DNA of 64,000 nucleotides from Gemmatimonadota bacterium (GCA_965116475.1 OZ220691.1:2208001-2272000), one strand, 5' to 3'. Positions 19,835 through 29,733 are shown, counted from the stretch's first letter. The notes: generated by a model from the sequence alone, not told the origin. Translations and numbers: made by a program.

Positions 19835-20067
19835 CACTCCCCGAAGCCCTCCAGGTAGTTCGGATTGGTGGACAGATCCGGCGGTCCCTCCCACGTTCCG
19901 GCGAGATCGGCAATGAGATCGAATGCCGACGGGGGCGGCGTGCCTCCGCTGAGATGGCGCTCGATGGCCTCTCTCATCAACGCCGACCGGCTTACCCCCG
20001 CGTCCCGGGCGGCGGCCCTGATGCGAGCCGCCAGGTGCGCGGGCATCCTGAGTGACATGGACACCAT
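19834..20067 (-). CDS. Ribbon-helix-helix (CopG-like) antitoxin
   Basis: MSLRMP...VSRSALMREAI, C-terminus DLSTNPNYLEGFG; 1-nt overlap with the PIN gene; RBS GAGG. Confidence 0.88.
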   Translation of the reverse strand: MVSMSLRMPAHLAARIRAAARDAGVSRSALMREAIERHLSGGTPPPSAFDLIADLAGTWEGPPDLSTNPNYLEGFGE

Positions 20068-20093
20068 GGAATCGACCTCTTGTTGCTCCGTTG

Positions 20094-20126
20094 TGTAATA
20101 CGAAAAATTCAACTTACAGTATTACA
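20094..20126. promoter_or_regulatory. Putative TA operator (8-bp inverted repeat)
   Basis: TGTAATAC-N17-GTATTACA in an AT-rich patch just upstream of the RHH antitoxin. Confidence 0.6.
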
Positions 20127-20165
20127 TCATCCGGCGACGACCGCCAAGTCGGGTTTCGCTCGATC

Positions 20166-20708
20166 TCAACCCCGACTCTGCTTCAGGATGTCGCGGATGA
20201 TCGCTTCGTGATGGCGGTGGTGGAGGTGGAGGAAGCGTAGCCACTCGGGCGGTGTGAAGTGGCCGAGGACGTGGTGGGGAAGCGTGTGACGGCACCCGTC
20301 CAGTTCCTCCAGTCGCGGCTCGAGGCCCGCCGTCAGCGCGCGCAACGCCTCGAAACCCGCCCGCACGTCGGCAGGTGCCCCGCCGGTCGGTAGCGTGAAG
20401 TCAGGGGCCGGGCCGCGGCCGCGCGGGATCGAGCCGCGCGCCAGGAGCGACACGCCGATCTCGTGCGGGGATCGGTCCCGTGCGTCGGGATTCGGTCGGG
20501 CCAGCGCGTCGACGACCCAGCGCAGCACTTTCCGGTCGGAGAAGAGCAGGTGTTCGAGATGATCCTGCACGCTCCACGCCGAGACGTCGGATGCGGAGAC
20601 AGCCAGACGATCTGCGTCGGCGGTTCGTTCGAGGCAGAGCGCGATTCCGGCGCGAACTCCAGCCAGCGCGTCCTGCGTCGTCCAGCGGGCCGGCCGGCCT
20701 TTCGGCAA
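20166..20708 (-). CDS. DinB-family protein
   Basis: WSVQDHLEHL and HHVLG..TPPEWLRFLHLHHRHH. Start uncertain (TTG 20708). Confidence 0.8.
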   Translation of the reverse strand: MPKGRPARWTTQDALAGVRAGIALCLERTADADRLAVSASDVSAWSVQDHLEHLLFSDRKVLRWVVDALARPNPDARDRSPHEIGVSLLARGSIPRGRGPAPDFTLPTGGAPADVRAGFEALRALTAGLEPRLEELDGCRHTLPHHVLGHFTPPEWLRFLHLHHRHHEAIIRDILKQSRG

Positions 20709-20713
20709 TCCGT

Positions 20714-23266
20714 CTACCAGTTCATGGCGAGGTTGAGGCTCACGCTGTTCGCCGGGCCCGAGCCCGCGCCGTAGGCGCTCCGGCCGCCCTCGACGTTCAG
20801 CCAGAGGCCCGAGCCGACGTTGAGACGCCCGCCCATGTGGTAGCCGTACAGGCTCTGCCCCGTTGCCTGGAGCGGCATCAGCGCAACCGGACCCTGGAAC
20901 GGGCCCGTGCCCAACGGCCCCGCGCCCGGTCGCTCCGACATCACGAGCCGCGCGTACGGCGTGAACACCCCCCGGCCCGCCAGCGCGTCGACGCCATATC
21001 CGACCTCGGCATCGAAACGGCGGCTGCCCGGACCGTAGCCGTATCCGTTCGGCGTCAACCCGGTCGCCCCCTGCGCCCACAGGCGGGCCAGGCCGCTCGC
21101 CGTCGACCCCCACGAGGGGCTCGCCCGGAGCGACAACCCGCGCCCGCCGCCCTGCGGATTGAGTTTGATCGACCCGCCGAGTCCCCACTCCTCGTAGTCG
21201 CTCTGCTCGTGCGTCGCGAGCGCGCGGCCGTGCACGGAGATCGTGAGGCCCCGCCGGGGGTCGAGGAAGGTCAGGGCGGCGCCGACCTCCATGCCCAGCC
21301 CGGCCTCCACATCGCCGCCATCGTGGCGCAGGCCGACGCGAAGCTGAGGCTGGAGCAACTCTCCGCCGCTGAGTGCGTATCCCCTGTGGGCTTCGAGCAT
21401 GGCCCGCACGCGACTCACGTCGGCCGCGAGTTCGCTCCGGCCCTCGACCTCGTCGGAGGTCATCTGCGCCACGAAGCCGTCCGCCCGCAGCGCGAGTTCG
21501 AAGCCGTCCGGATCGTCGGCTCCCACGAGCTCGCCGTGCGCTCCGAGGCCGACCATGCGCATCCCGATATCGCTCGTCGGGTCCTGCTCGCCGCCGCCCG
21601 AGATGTCGAGCTGGCCGAAGCCGTACCCGGCCACGCCCCAGACGGAGAGGCGGTTGCTGACTGCGAGCCGCGCGTAGGGAAACGCGCTGGTCAGGGACGT
21701 CGATACGTCGCCGATGTCGTCCTCCCCGGCGCGTCCCAATTCGAACCCGCCCGACCCCAGGCTGTGGGACACGGCGAGCCCCGCGAGCATTGATCCGAAC
21801 GCGTAGTCGGCCCCGAGGGCGGCCGTGACGACTTCGCCGTCGTGGAATCCCGCACCGTCGCCGCTCGAGAACCGCATCATCTCTCCGGCGCCCCACAGCG
21901 AGTAGCCGCCTCCGTCCCCCGCGTCCTGGCCGGAGAGCTGGAAGGAGGTCTCGCCCAGGAGCCCTCCGGCGGACGAGGGGAGGAACGCGGTCGGCGCCAT
22001 CCGGCTCGTGGGGGAGGCCGCGGGGGCCAGGGCGTTGAGGCCACCGATCAGCCCGCCCCCGGCACTCAGCCGGGCGAGGTCGATCGTGCGACCGCCGACC
22101 GTCACCTGATCGGGACTCCGGTGAGAGTGCGCCACGCGGTCGCCGATCATCGCCATCGCCTGGCTCGCCACCGAGCGGCCGAACCGTTCGAGCCAGTCCT
22201 CCGCGGCCGCCTCCGCTTCCGCGGTGGAGAAGTTCCGGTAGAACCCGGCCCCTACGATGAACTCGACGCCCTGGAAGACGGGCAGGTCGCTCTCCAGCGA
22301 GACGGCGTAACTCACCTTGGGGGTTCCGGTGTCCTCATCCCCCTGGACCGTCGGGTCGTCCCAGAAGTACTCGACGAATCCCCCGCCCCCCTGGGCGACA
22401 GCGATGACGTCCCTCACGAACATCCGCCCCTGGAAGTCGGTGTTGTCCAGCACCTGCCGCCCTTCCCGCCACGCGTCGGCGCCGTGGAAGATGACGAACC
22501 CCTGCGGAGTGAAGATGAAGAGATAGATGGGGCCGGACTTGAAGTGTCCCCCCTCTTCCCGCAGGAGGGCTTTCCATTCGTTCGCGCGCTCGAAGCCTAC
22601 CTGCCCCACGAGCTCCCTCAGCCAGACGACCGTCCCGTCCACGAACTGCCGGAGGGTCTCGCGGTCCACGACGTCGGCGGCGGAAACCTCGGGGAGCGGG
22701 ACCGGCGGCAGCGGCTGCCCCGCGCCGGACAGATCCTGGTAGTATCCCCCGACCACGACCAGATCCACTCCGGCCACCGGAGAGAAGTGCCGGAGTGCGT
22801 AGCTATCCTTGCAGCGGGCGTCGTTCGGGTCGTTCGGGTCGTCCCAGCACCACTCGACGAACCCGCCCCCGGCCGCCGCGGCGGCGAGCATCTGCTGGAC
22901 GACCGGGCTCCCGTTTTCGTCCACGACCCCGAAGACATTCGTGCCGTCCAGGTTGGGATCTTCCCCGTGGATGAACACCTGACCGTCGAGGGTCATGAAG
23001 ATCAGGTACATGTTGCCGGAGTTGTAGTCGCTGCCCTCCGTCCTGACCGCCTGGATCAGTTGCGATCCCTGGTTGACGTCCGTGATGGAGGCAGCGACGG
23101 ATGCGGCGTAGGTCACGAATCCCTGCAGCGTCTCCCGGTCCGTCACCTGTGCGGCCGTGACCTTCGGCACCTGTGCGCCGGCGGGACGCGCCTGAAGCCC
23201 GGCCACCGCCACGCCCAGCAGAGCCAGGAGCAGCACGGAAGACGTTCGGTTTCGCATGGCGCTCAT
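20714..23266 (-). CDS. Autotransporter with two tandem Cache-like passenger domains
   Basis: Signal peptide. Two repeats V(T/S)AAxVxDRETL..FV / YL(I/F)(F/I)....G...IHG/FHG / D..G...V....A..GGGFVE.W / K.SYA / VV(G/A)G(Y/F)Y. Then linker WLERFGRSVA and a beta-barrel (LGADY, GLRHDGGD, GMEVGA, PSWG) ending in Trp. Confidence 0.85.
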   Translation of the reverse strand: MSAMRNRTSSVLLLALLGVAVAGLQARPAGAQVPKVTAAQVTDRETLQGFVTYAASVAASITDVNQGSQLIQAVRTEGSDYNSGNMYLIFMTLDGQVFIHGEDPNLDGTNVFGVVDENGSPVVQQMLAAAAAGGGFVEWCWDDPNDPNDARCKDSYALRHFSPVAGVDLVVVGGYYQDLSGAGQPLPPVPLPEVSAADVVDRETLRQFVDGTVVWLRELVGQVGFERANEWKALLREEGGHFKSGPIYLFIFTPQGFVIFHGADAWREGRQVLDNTDFQGRMFVRDVIAVAQGGGGFVEYFWDDPTVQGDEDTGTPKVSYAVSLESDLPVFQGVEFIVGAGFYRNFSTAEAEAAAEDWLERFGRSVASQAMAMIGDRVAHSHRSPDQVTVGGRTIDLARLSAGGGLIGGLNALAPAASPTSRMAPTAFLPSSAGGLLGETSFQLSGQDAGDGGGYSLWGAGEMMRFSSGDGAGFHDGEVVTAALGADYAFGSMLAGLAVSHSLGSGGFELGRAGEDDIGDVSTSLTSAFPYARLAVSNRLSVWGVAGYGFGQLDISGGGEQDPTSDIGMRMVGLGAHGELVGADDPDGFELALRADGFVAQMTSDEVEGRSELAADVSRVRAMLEAHRGYALSGGELLQPQLRVGLRHDGGDVEAGLGMEVGAALTFLDPRRGLTISVHGRALATHEQSDYEEWGLGGSIKLNPQGGGRGLSLRASPSWGSTASGLARLWAQGATGLTPNGYGYGPGSRRFDAEVGYGVDALAGRGVFTPYARLVMSERPGAGPLGTGPFQGPVALMPLQATGQSLYGYHMGGRLNVGSGLWLNVEGGRSAYGAGSGPANSVSLNLAMNW

Positions 23267-23289
23267 CCTTGCCCGAGGGGGGAGGGCGA

Positions 23290-23790
23290 TCAGGGGTCGA
23301 TCTCGACCTCGATCTCCACGGCGTCCAGGTTTTCGGCGGTCAGTTCGTCGTCGCCGGTCGGCATGCCGTTGATCTTGAACATGTATGCGACGACGTCGAC
23401 GTACTGCTCGGTCGGCATCCCCCCCGGATTGTCCTCGGGCATGGTGGCCACGATCTCATCCACGAGGTCCTTCACCGAGGCCCCGACCCACGACTGGATG
23501 AACGGCCCCCCGAAATCCTCCTCGAAGTGGCATTCGGCGCAGATGTTCCAGAAGACGTCTTCGCCGCGCGTGGCCTGTTCCTCGCTGAACACGCCCTGGG
23601 TCGTGTTGGCCGGGGCGGTGGCCCCTTCGGCCTCGCCCACATCGCCGCCTTCCTCCTGGGCCGCGAGGCTGGAGGCGCCGAGGATGACCGCGATCGCCGC
23701 CAGCCAGACGGAGGCGCGGACGGCCCTCCACGGAGCGACGGCGGGAAGTCGGTTCGAGGCGTGGCTCGAGGTGTGGTTCGATATGTGCAT
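23290..23790 (-). CDS. Monoheme c-type cytochrome
   Basis: Signal peptide, GVFSEEQATRG, CAECH, TMPEDNPG (Met ligand). Confidence 0.9.
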   Translation of the reverse strand: MHISNHTSSHASNRLPAVAPWRAVRASVWLAAIAVILGASSLAAQEEGGDVGEAEGATAPANTTQGVFSEEQATRGEDVFWNICAECHFEEDFGGPFIQSWVGASVKDLVDEIVATMPEDNPGGMPTEQYVDVVAYMFKINGMPTGDDELTAENLDAVEIEVEIDP

Positions 23791-23871
23791 CGGGATTCCC
23801 CTGCATTCCCCTGCGTTGAACGGGTCCGAGAACGCCCCAACCTGAATTCCGAAGCGGGGCCGGAGCAAGTA

Positions 23872-26800
23872 TCAACCCTCCTCCTCCGAGTCCTCTTCAT
23901 CCTCTTCGTCCTCGGGCGGCCGCGGGCGGTTCATGCGCAGCGACACGCCGCCGAAGAAGGAGGAGCCGGAGCGCTTCACCTCGTGTTCTCCCTCGTACAG
24001 ATAGTCGAGCAGCGCCTGGTCCCACGAGAGTCCCGCCTTGGCGACCAGCTCCATCCACGGGCCGTACGCCGTCTCGTCCGGGGCTTCCGTCGTTCCGGAC
24101 CAGATCGTGATGCGGGAATCGAATCCGAACCGCGACTCGCCGCTCGATCCCCTGAGCGGCATCTCGATGAGCACGCTGTCGGTCATCGGGAGCCGGAACA
24201 CGTCCGGATCGTAGTCCGCGCCATAGCGGCGGTAGCGCTCATAGTTGCGCTGGTTCATCGCGAACACGTCGGGGTTCGAATTTATGCCGCGCGTGATGTA
24301 GTCGCGGATCTCGAACGCCGCGTCGCGGTGCCGGGGGTAGTCGGGACTGTCGACGTACCCGAACCCCGGCATGAACCAGCCCTTGTTGAGGCCCCAGTTG
24401 CGCTCGGTCACGCGCCCCCGCCGCACGAGGCCCGAGTATTCGCTGAACAGCTGCACGACCTGGTGCGAGGGGTATCCGTGCGGGTTCAGGAAGATGTCGG
24501 GCAGCCAGCGGCCCCACAGGCGGTTTCGTACCGGCGCCTCGGGGTAGATGGGGTGGTCGTCCCGCGACCCCGTCATCACGTCGATCCCCAGCGACGCCAG
24601 GTAGCCGGCGTGCAGGATGAAGTCCGGCGTGATCCGGTACAGGTCGTAGGCGAGCTGGGCGCCGTCAGGGTTCGTGAACGGGTGGATGATGACGTTCACG
24701 CCGTCGAGCTTGGCCCGCTCCGCGGGATCCGTGAGGAGGAGTTCCGCGTGCCGCAGGACGTGGCTCGTCGAGGAGACCTCGTTCGCGTGCTGCCGCGCGG
24801 AGTAGATGACTGTGGGCTTGAAGGTCGTCGCCTTGACGCGCGACCAGTGCGACGCGGCGATCGGGGGCATGAGATCCGCCGCCCAGATGTCCCGGCCCAG
24901 GTACGATTCGCCCGCCTTGTACATCGTCACTTCCTCGAAGGCTTCCGCCATCCGGGCCAGGATCCCGTGGCCTTCGGGGGGTGGCATGGGCGTCTCCCAC
25001 TGGACGAGGCGCTCGCCGCCGTAGCTCCAGCCCTCGGGCAGGAGGCGGCGCCAGTCGGGTGGCCCCGGCGGCGTTCCGTTCGCCGCGAGCCGGGCGGTGC
25101 GGCGGGACTCCGGGTCCTGTTCGTGCGTCCATTCGGCCCACACTTCCAGGGAACCGAGCCCGGTCCAGGCCAGCGACGAGGCGTAGAGGCCGGCCGCGCG
25201 CAGCGCCTCGATTTCGCGCACCGTGGCCTCGACCTGCTCGGCGGAGACCATGCTCCGGTCGACCTGCCGCGGCGAGGCGTAGGTGAGGAGGCTGTCGCGC
25301 ATGTCGGCGTCCGTGTCGACGCGGACACGGAGCCCGAGGTGCGCGATCCCCGGCTCGCCGGCGCGGACGATGGCGCGCCGGGCTGACGGGCGCTCGAGGC
25401 CGGTCTTCGGGATGTCGAGCCGCACCGTGTCCGCCGCGCCCGCCGCATCCTCGAAGGCGACGGAGACGGCGGGCCGGGAGGTGGCGAACCCCGTGAAGCT
25501 CACCCGGAGTTCCGCCGGCCGCCCGTCGCCGCGCGGCCGCATCACCGGGAGGATGCGCCCGGGGAAGGTCAGCCCCTGCCCGCGCGAGTTCCGGCCGATG
25601 AGATCGAAGAACTCGATCGTGCCGAAGTAGATCTCCTCGTGGAGGGCGTCCATCGGCGCGTGAATCTCGTTGTCGATCTCGAGCCGGTAATTGGGCTCGC
25701 TCATCTCGAGTTCGACGGTGAGCTCGCCGAAGTAGGGCGCGTCCGCGTTGCCGCCGTCGGGGATCCCGTCGTGCCGGTCCATCACGTAGTCGTAGATCGC
25801 CGGGAGAACGACGCTCTGGTAGTGGTCCCAGAAGGCCTCGGGGTCGGTGACGATGCGCTCGTCGACGAGCGTGCGGTCCCCCGCCGAGGCGTGGAGCCAG
25901 CCCGTCGTCACGCGGACGTGCTCGTAGTCCCGGAAGCGGTCGAAGTACGGCCGCATCACCCGGCGGGGCTCGAAATCGTCCGCCAGAATCCCGGCGCCGC
26001 CCGCGTCCGTGACGGTGACCTCGTAGGTCGGGCCGTCGGTCGTCTGCTCGAAGCGGATCCGCTCCAGCTCGAGGCCGAGTTCGCGGGCGAGGATCTCGTC
26101 GATGGGGAAGATCTCGTGCAGCCAGCGGACGGGCGTGTGGATCGCCTGCTGGGGCCACTCCGCCGGCGGATCGTTGCGGCGGAAGCGAATGACGATCTCG
26201 CCGATCTCATTCGGGTCCCGGCTCGCGAGCTGCGGCAGGATCACCTCTTCGAGCCACGAATACCCCTGCTTGAAGGCGGAGAGGACGCGGACCTCGACCG
26301 CGTCGGCCGGAGCCCCGGCCTCGATGAGGGCATCTCGCGCTTCGCGCTCCAGTTGTCGGCGGATCTCGGGCGGCTCGCTGAGGCGGGCCTCGATCCGGAT
26401 GGGGCCGGCGGACCCGGCGGAGGCGGCCGCCGGGAGGACGCGGGCGCGGAACAGCTCGCGGAAGTGGCCGACCTCCGACGGCAGCGCGAGCGTGTCGGCG
26501 AAGATGGTGGCCGCCCGCTGCACATCGCGGTCGTCGATCGTGACGTCGACGGCGGCGGCATCGGCGAGGCCCAGCGCCTCCGCCGCGCGGGCCCGCACGT
26601 ACGCGCCGAGGCCGGGGTCCGCCTTCTCGACGGAGAGCAGCACGTCCGCGCGGGCGATCTGCCGGTCGGCGAGCTTGGCGGCGATGCGGCCGAGCTTGTA
26701 GAGGCCGATCGCCGCCTGGCCCACGGGCGAGTGGCCGGACAGGGCGTCCCACAGGCCGCGCTCGACATCGTCGACGGTGGGGCGGTCGTCGCCGCGCTCC

Positions 26801-28227
26801 GCGAGGTGCGGAAGCGTCCGGGCCAGCTGGTCGAGCGCGCGCTCGGCCCCGGCGGCGTCCGCGCCGGAGACGACGAGGGCCGGTTTGGACCCGAAGGCCG
26901 CCGGGACCACCTCGATGAGCCCTTCGCCGGGGGCGAGCGACCCCGGATCGATCTTCGCGCTGTCGGCAAGCTGCCGGGTCAGGGCGTTGTCCACCCCCGC
27001 CAGGACCAGCGTGGGCCGGGCGGCGGCCCTTTCGATCGACGCGGCCGGGGCGACGAGCGGCACCGTGATCCCGGTCGACTCGAGTCCGAGCCGGCCGGCC
27101 AGGTCGGGCAGGCCGTCGACACCGTCCTCGCCGGGCGCCAGCATCGCGTCCACGCGGTTCGGGAGCACCCCTCCGCCGAGCAATCCGTCGGAGGTGTAGA
27201 GGTTGGAGAGGTCCATGTCGTTCTTGCCGCCGCTGCCCGGCCGGCCCGCGACCGGCCCCGGCGCATCCGGCGCCGCGCGCCCGGCGATGCGGATCGTGGG
27301 GCCGCCCGCCAGCCGCGCCTCCACCGATTCGAGCCCCGGGTATGCCAGGCGTGCCGGGGGCGTCTCCGCCTCGGTCGACTCAGCCCCTGTATCGGCCCCC
27401 GTCTCGTCCCCTGTATCGGCCCCCGCATCGTCCGGGTCGCCGGGGTCGGGGACCGCGTCGCCCGCGGCGAGGCCGCGAAGGAGTTCCGCGGCGGTGCTCA
27501 CATCCGCTTCGCCCACCTCGATCTCGGCGATCACGCGCCCCACGCCGGCCTGGCCCGCCCTGGCCCTCGCCTGGGTCAGGCGCACGGCCGCGTCCGCCAC
27601 GCCCCCGGCTTCCAGCGCCTCGGCGAGGTCGTCCCGGACGCGGTCCAGCTTCGCGGTCGACAGCGTGCGCGTATGCGGCAGGACGCCCGCGAACAGGCGG
27701 GCTGCGGCGTGCAGTCCCTCCTCGTCCCCTCCCACGACGAGGACCCACGTGCGCCCGTCCTCCTCGCGCACCGCCACGGCCCCTTCCCCCGAGTCGAGCG
27801 AAGCGGGGTCGATGCCCGGCGCGCGCAGGCCGGCGCCCGCGAGTCCGCTCCGGCCCACGACGATCCCGACCTGGCCGCCTTCGGGACCCCGGGACAGCGG
27901 CAGGTCCATCGCCATCGACTCGAAACCCAGCCGCGCGGCGACCTCGGCCGCCGCCGCGAGGATCCCCGGCGAGGGATCTTCCCCGAGCACGAGCGCGGCG
28001 TTCACGAGATCGGGCACGCTGTCGCCGTTCGTATCGAGCACGAGCGTCCCCAGTTCGAACAGCGTGGCGAGATCCGGCGTCTCCTGCGCCGCGAGTCCGC
28101 GAGAGGCCGGCACCGCGAACGCCGCCGCCAACACAGCCCCCACCGCCAGCGCGATCCGCACGGGTCTCGCCGCCGACACTGGGTTCTGCCACGGGGTGCC
28201 GGGGGACTGCGTGCGGGGATTCATCAT
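23872..28227 (-). CDS. Large secreted M14 zinc carboxypeptidase-family protein (~1450 aa)
   Basis: C-terminal ARQHANE (HxxE), NPDG, NPHGY; signal peptide AA-Q; long N-terminal region. Confidence 0.85.
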   Translation of the reverse strand: MMNPRTQSPGTPWQNPVSAARPVRIALAVGAVLAAAFAVPASRGLAAQETPDLATLFELGTLVLDTNGDSVPDLVNAALVLGEDPSPGILAAAAEVAARLGFESMAMDLPLSRGPEGGQVGIVVGRSGLAGAGLRAPGIDPASLDSGEGAVAVREEDGRTWVLVVGGDEEGLHAAARLFAGVLPHTRTLSTAKLDRVRDDLAEALEAGGVADAAVRLTQARARAGQAGVGRVIAEIEVGEADVSTAAELLRGLAAGDAVPDPGDPDDAGADTGDETGADTGAESTEAETPPARLAYPGLESVEARLAGGPTIRIAGRAAPDAPGPVAGRPGSGGKNDMDLSNLYTSDGLLGGGVLPNRVDAMLAPGEDGVDGLPDLAGRLGLESTGITVPLVAPAASIERAAARPTLVLAGVDNALTRQLADSAKIDPGSLAPGEGLIEVVPAAFGSKPALVVSGADAAGAERALDQLARTLPHLAERGDDRPTVDDVERGLWDALSGHSPVGQAAIGLYKLGRIAAKLADRQIARADVLLSVEKADPGLGAYVRARAAEALGLADAAAVDVTIDDRDVQRAATIFADTLALPSEVGHFRELFRARVLPAAASAGSAGPIRIEARLSEPPEIRRQLEREARDALIEAGAPADAVEVRVLSAFKQGYSWLEEVILPQLASRDPNEIGEIVIRFRRNDPPAEWPQQAIHTPVRWLHEIFPIDEILARELGLELERIRFEQTTDGPTYEVTVTDAGGAGILADDFEPRRVMRPYFDRFRDYEHVRVTTGWLHASAGDRTLVDERIVTDPEAFWDHYQSVVLPAIYDYVMDRHDGIPDGGNADAPYFGELTVELEMSEPNYRLEIDNEIHAPMDALHEEIYFGTIEFFDLIGRNSRGQGLTFPGRILPVMRPRGDGRPAELRVSFTGFATSRPAVSVAFEDAAGAADTVRLDIPKTGLERPSARRAIVRAGEPGIAHLGLRVRVDTDADMRDSLLTYASPRQVDRSMVSAEQVEATVREIEALRAAGLYASSLAWTGLGSLEVWAEWTHEQDPESRRTARLAANGTPPGPPDWRRLLPEGWSYGGERLVQWETPMPPPEGHGILARMAEAFEEVTMYKAGESYLGRDIWAADLMPPIAASHWSRVKATTFKPTVIYSARQHANEVSSTSHVLRHAELLLTDPAERAKLDGVNVIIHPFTNPDGAQLAYDLYRITPDFILHAGYLASLGIDVMTGSRDDHPIYPEAPVRNRLWGRWLPDIFLNPHGYPSHQVVQLFSEYSGLVRRGRVTERNWGLNKGWFMPGFGYVDSPDYPRHRDAAFEIRDYITRGINSNPDVFAMNQRNYERYRRYGADYDPDVFRLPMTDSVLIEMPLRGSSGESRFGFDSRITIWSGTTEAPDETAYGPWMELVAKAGLSWDQALLDYLYEGEHEVKRSGSSFFGGVSLRMNRPRPPEDEEDEEDSEEEG

Positions 28228-29090
28228 GTCCGGTCCTCCGGTGCTTCGACCTTCACGTGGTTCGCCAGTACCCCGACGCCCTCCACCTCCACCTCCACCC
28301 GGTCGCCGTCGGCGAGCGCCGACGTCTTCCCGGGCGTACCTGTGTAGATCACGTCGCCGGGGAGCAGCGTGACGTAGCGGCTCGCGTAGGCGATGATCTC
28401 GGGGATGGAGAAGATGAGATCCGAGGTGCGCGCGTCCTGCACGACCTCGCCATTGAGGCGCGTGCGCAGGCGCAGATTCTCCCACGCCGCGCCGGTCACG
28501 ATCCGCGGTCCGAGCGGCCCGAACGAGTCGCTGCCCTTGGCCCTGAGCCACTGCAGGTCGTCACGCTGCCATATGCGCTCGCTCACGTCGTTGCCCGCGG
28601 TTACGCCGAAGACGAAATCGCCCGCCTCTTCCGGGCTGACGTGCCGCGCCGCGCGGCCGATGACGACGACGACTTCTCCTTCCGCGTGCACGACTTCCGC
28701 GTCCGGGGGAATCTCGATCGCCGCGCCGGGCCCGACGATCGAACTCGGCAGCTTGGCGAACAGGGGCGGTTCCGCGGGCTCCGGGCGAGTCCCGATCGGG
28801 CTGTTGTCGAGGTGGCTCCGGTAGTTCAGGCCCACCGCGATGACCTTCGACGGGGTCGCCGGCGCGAGAAGCCGAAGCTCATCGAGCCGCATCCGGTTCC
28901 CGGTGCGGACCTCACCGCCGAAGGGAGGCACCGCCAGTTCCTCCACCATGCCGTCCTCGATGGTTCCGTCCGCGAGGACCTCATCCTCCACGACCCCCCA
29001 GCGGGCGCCACCGTCCGCAGCGTCCGCGGCGGTCGCGGCGTCCCCGCCGTCCGTGGCGTCCGGCGCGAGGTATCGGACGTACGCGGTCAC
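28224..29090 (-). CDS. Fumarylacetoacetate hydrolase family protein
   Basis: PSKVIAVGLNY, EGEVVVVIG, GNDVSER, KGSDSFGPLGP, TLLPGDVIYTGTPG. Confidence 0.93.
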   Translation of the reverse strand: MTAYVRYLAPDATDGGDAATAADAADGGARWGVVEDEVLADGTIEDGMVEELAVPPFGGEVRTGNRMRLDELRLLAPATPSKVIAVGLNYRSHLDNSPIGTRPEPAEPPLFAKLPSSIVGPGAAIEIPPDAEVVHAEGEVVVVIGRAARHVSPEEAGDFVFGVTAGNDVSERIWQRDDLQWLRAKGSDSFGPLGPRIVTGAAWENLRLRTRLNGEVVQDARTSDLIFSIPEIIAYASRYVTLLPGDVIYTGTPGKTSALADGDRVEVEVEGVGVLANHVKVEAPEDRT

Positions 29091-29124
29091 CGCCCCGGCC
29101 CGATCACGCCGGCCCGGACCACGA

Positions 29125-29733
29125 TCAGCCTTCCCCGGTCGGGATGTGCTCCGCGAGTTCGACCTCGAACACGAGCGGCGAATACGGAGGAATCCCCGAT
29201 CGGCCCGCGGGGCCGTAAGCGAGATCGTACGGCAGCACGAGCTTGCGGCGCTCGCCCATCCGCATGCCCGTGACCCCCTCCACCCAGCCGTCGATGAGGG
29301 CCGTCGAGCCGAGGACCATGTCGAGCGGCTCCGGCGGGTCGTGATCGTGGCTCGAGTCCACCTTGCTCCCGTTCGGGAGCCAGACGGTATAATGCACGCC
29401 CATCTCGTCGCCGTAGCCGGCCGGCGGCCCGCTCCCCTCCTGCAGGACCTGAATGAAGAGGCCGGTCTCGGTCTCCTCCATCGCACCGAGGTCGACCGCG
29501 AGTTCATCGGCGAACGTCATCTCCCGGAGATCCGTGATCACACCCTCGGGCGTGCCGGCCGTCTCGGCCATGTCGGCCGCCTCCGCTGCCTCCGCTGCCT
29601 CCGCTGCCTCGCGCTCGCCCTCCGCGCCGCTGGCCGCCTCCTCGCCCGCGTCGCCCCCGCACGCGAGCGCGAGCGGCGCCAGGAGCAGGGCCGCCGCGGT
29701 CCGAAACCCGTTCGATGTCATATCACGCCGCAT
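29125..29733 (-). CDS. FKBP-type peptidyl-prolyl isomerase (lipoprotein)
   Basis: VHYT..L.NG..VDSS, LIDGWVEGV, GERRKLVLP..LAYG, LVFEVEL; lipobox ALAC. Confidence 0.93.
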   Translation of the reverse strand: MRRDMTSNGFRTAAALLLAPLALACGGDAGEEAASGAEGEREAAEAAEAAEAADMAETAGTPEGVITDLREMTFADELAVDLGAMEETETGLFIQVLQEGSGPPAGYGDEMGVHYTVWLPNGSKVDSSHDHDPPEPLDMVLGSTALIDGWVEGVTGMRMGERRKLVLPYDLAYGPAGRSGIPPYSPLVFEVELAEHIPTGEG

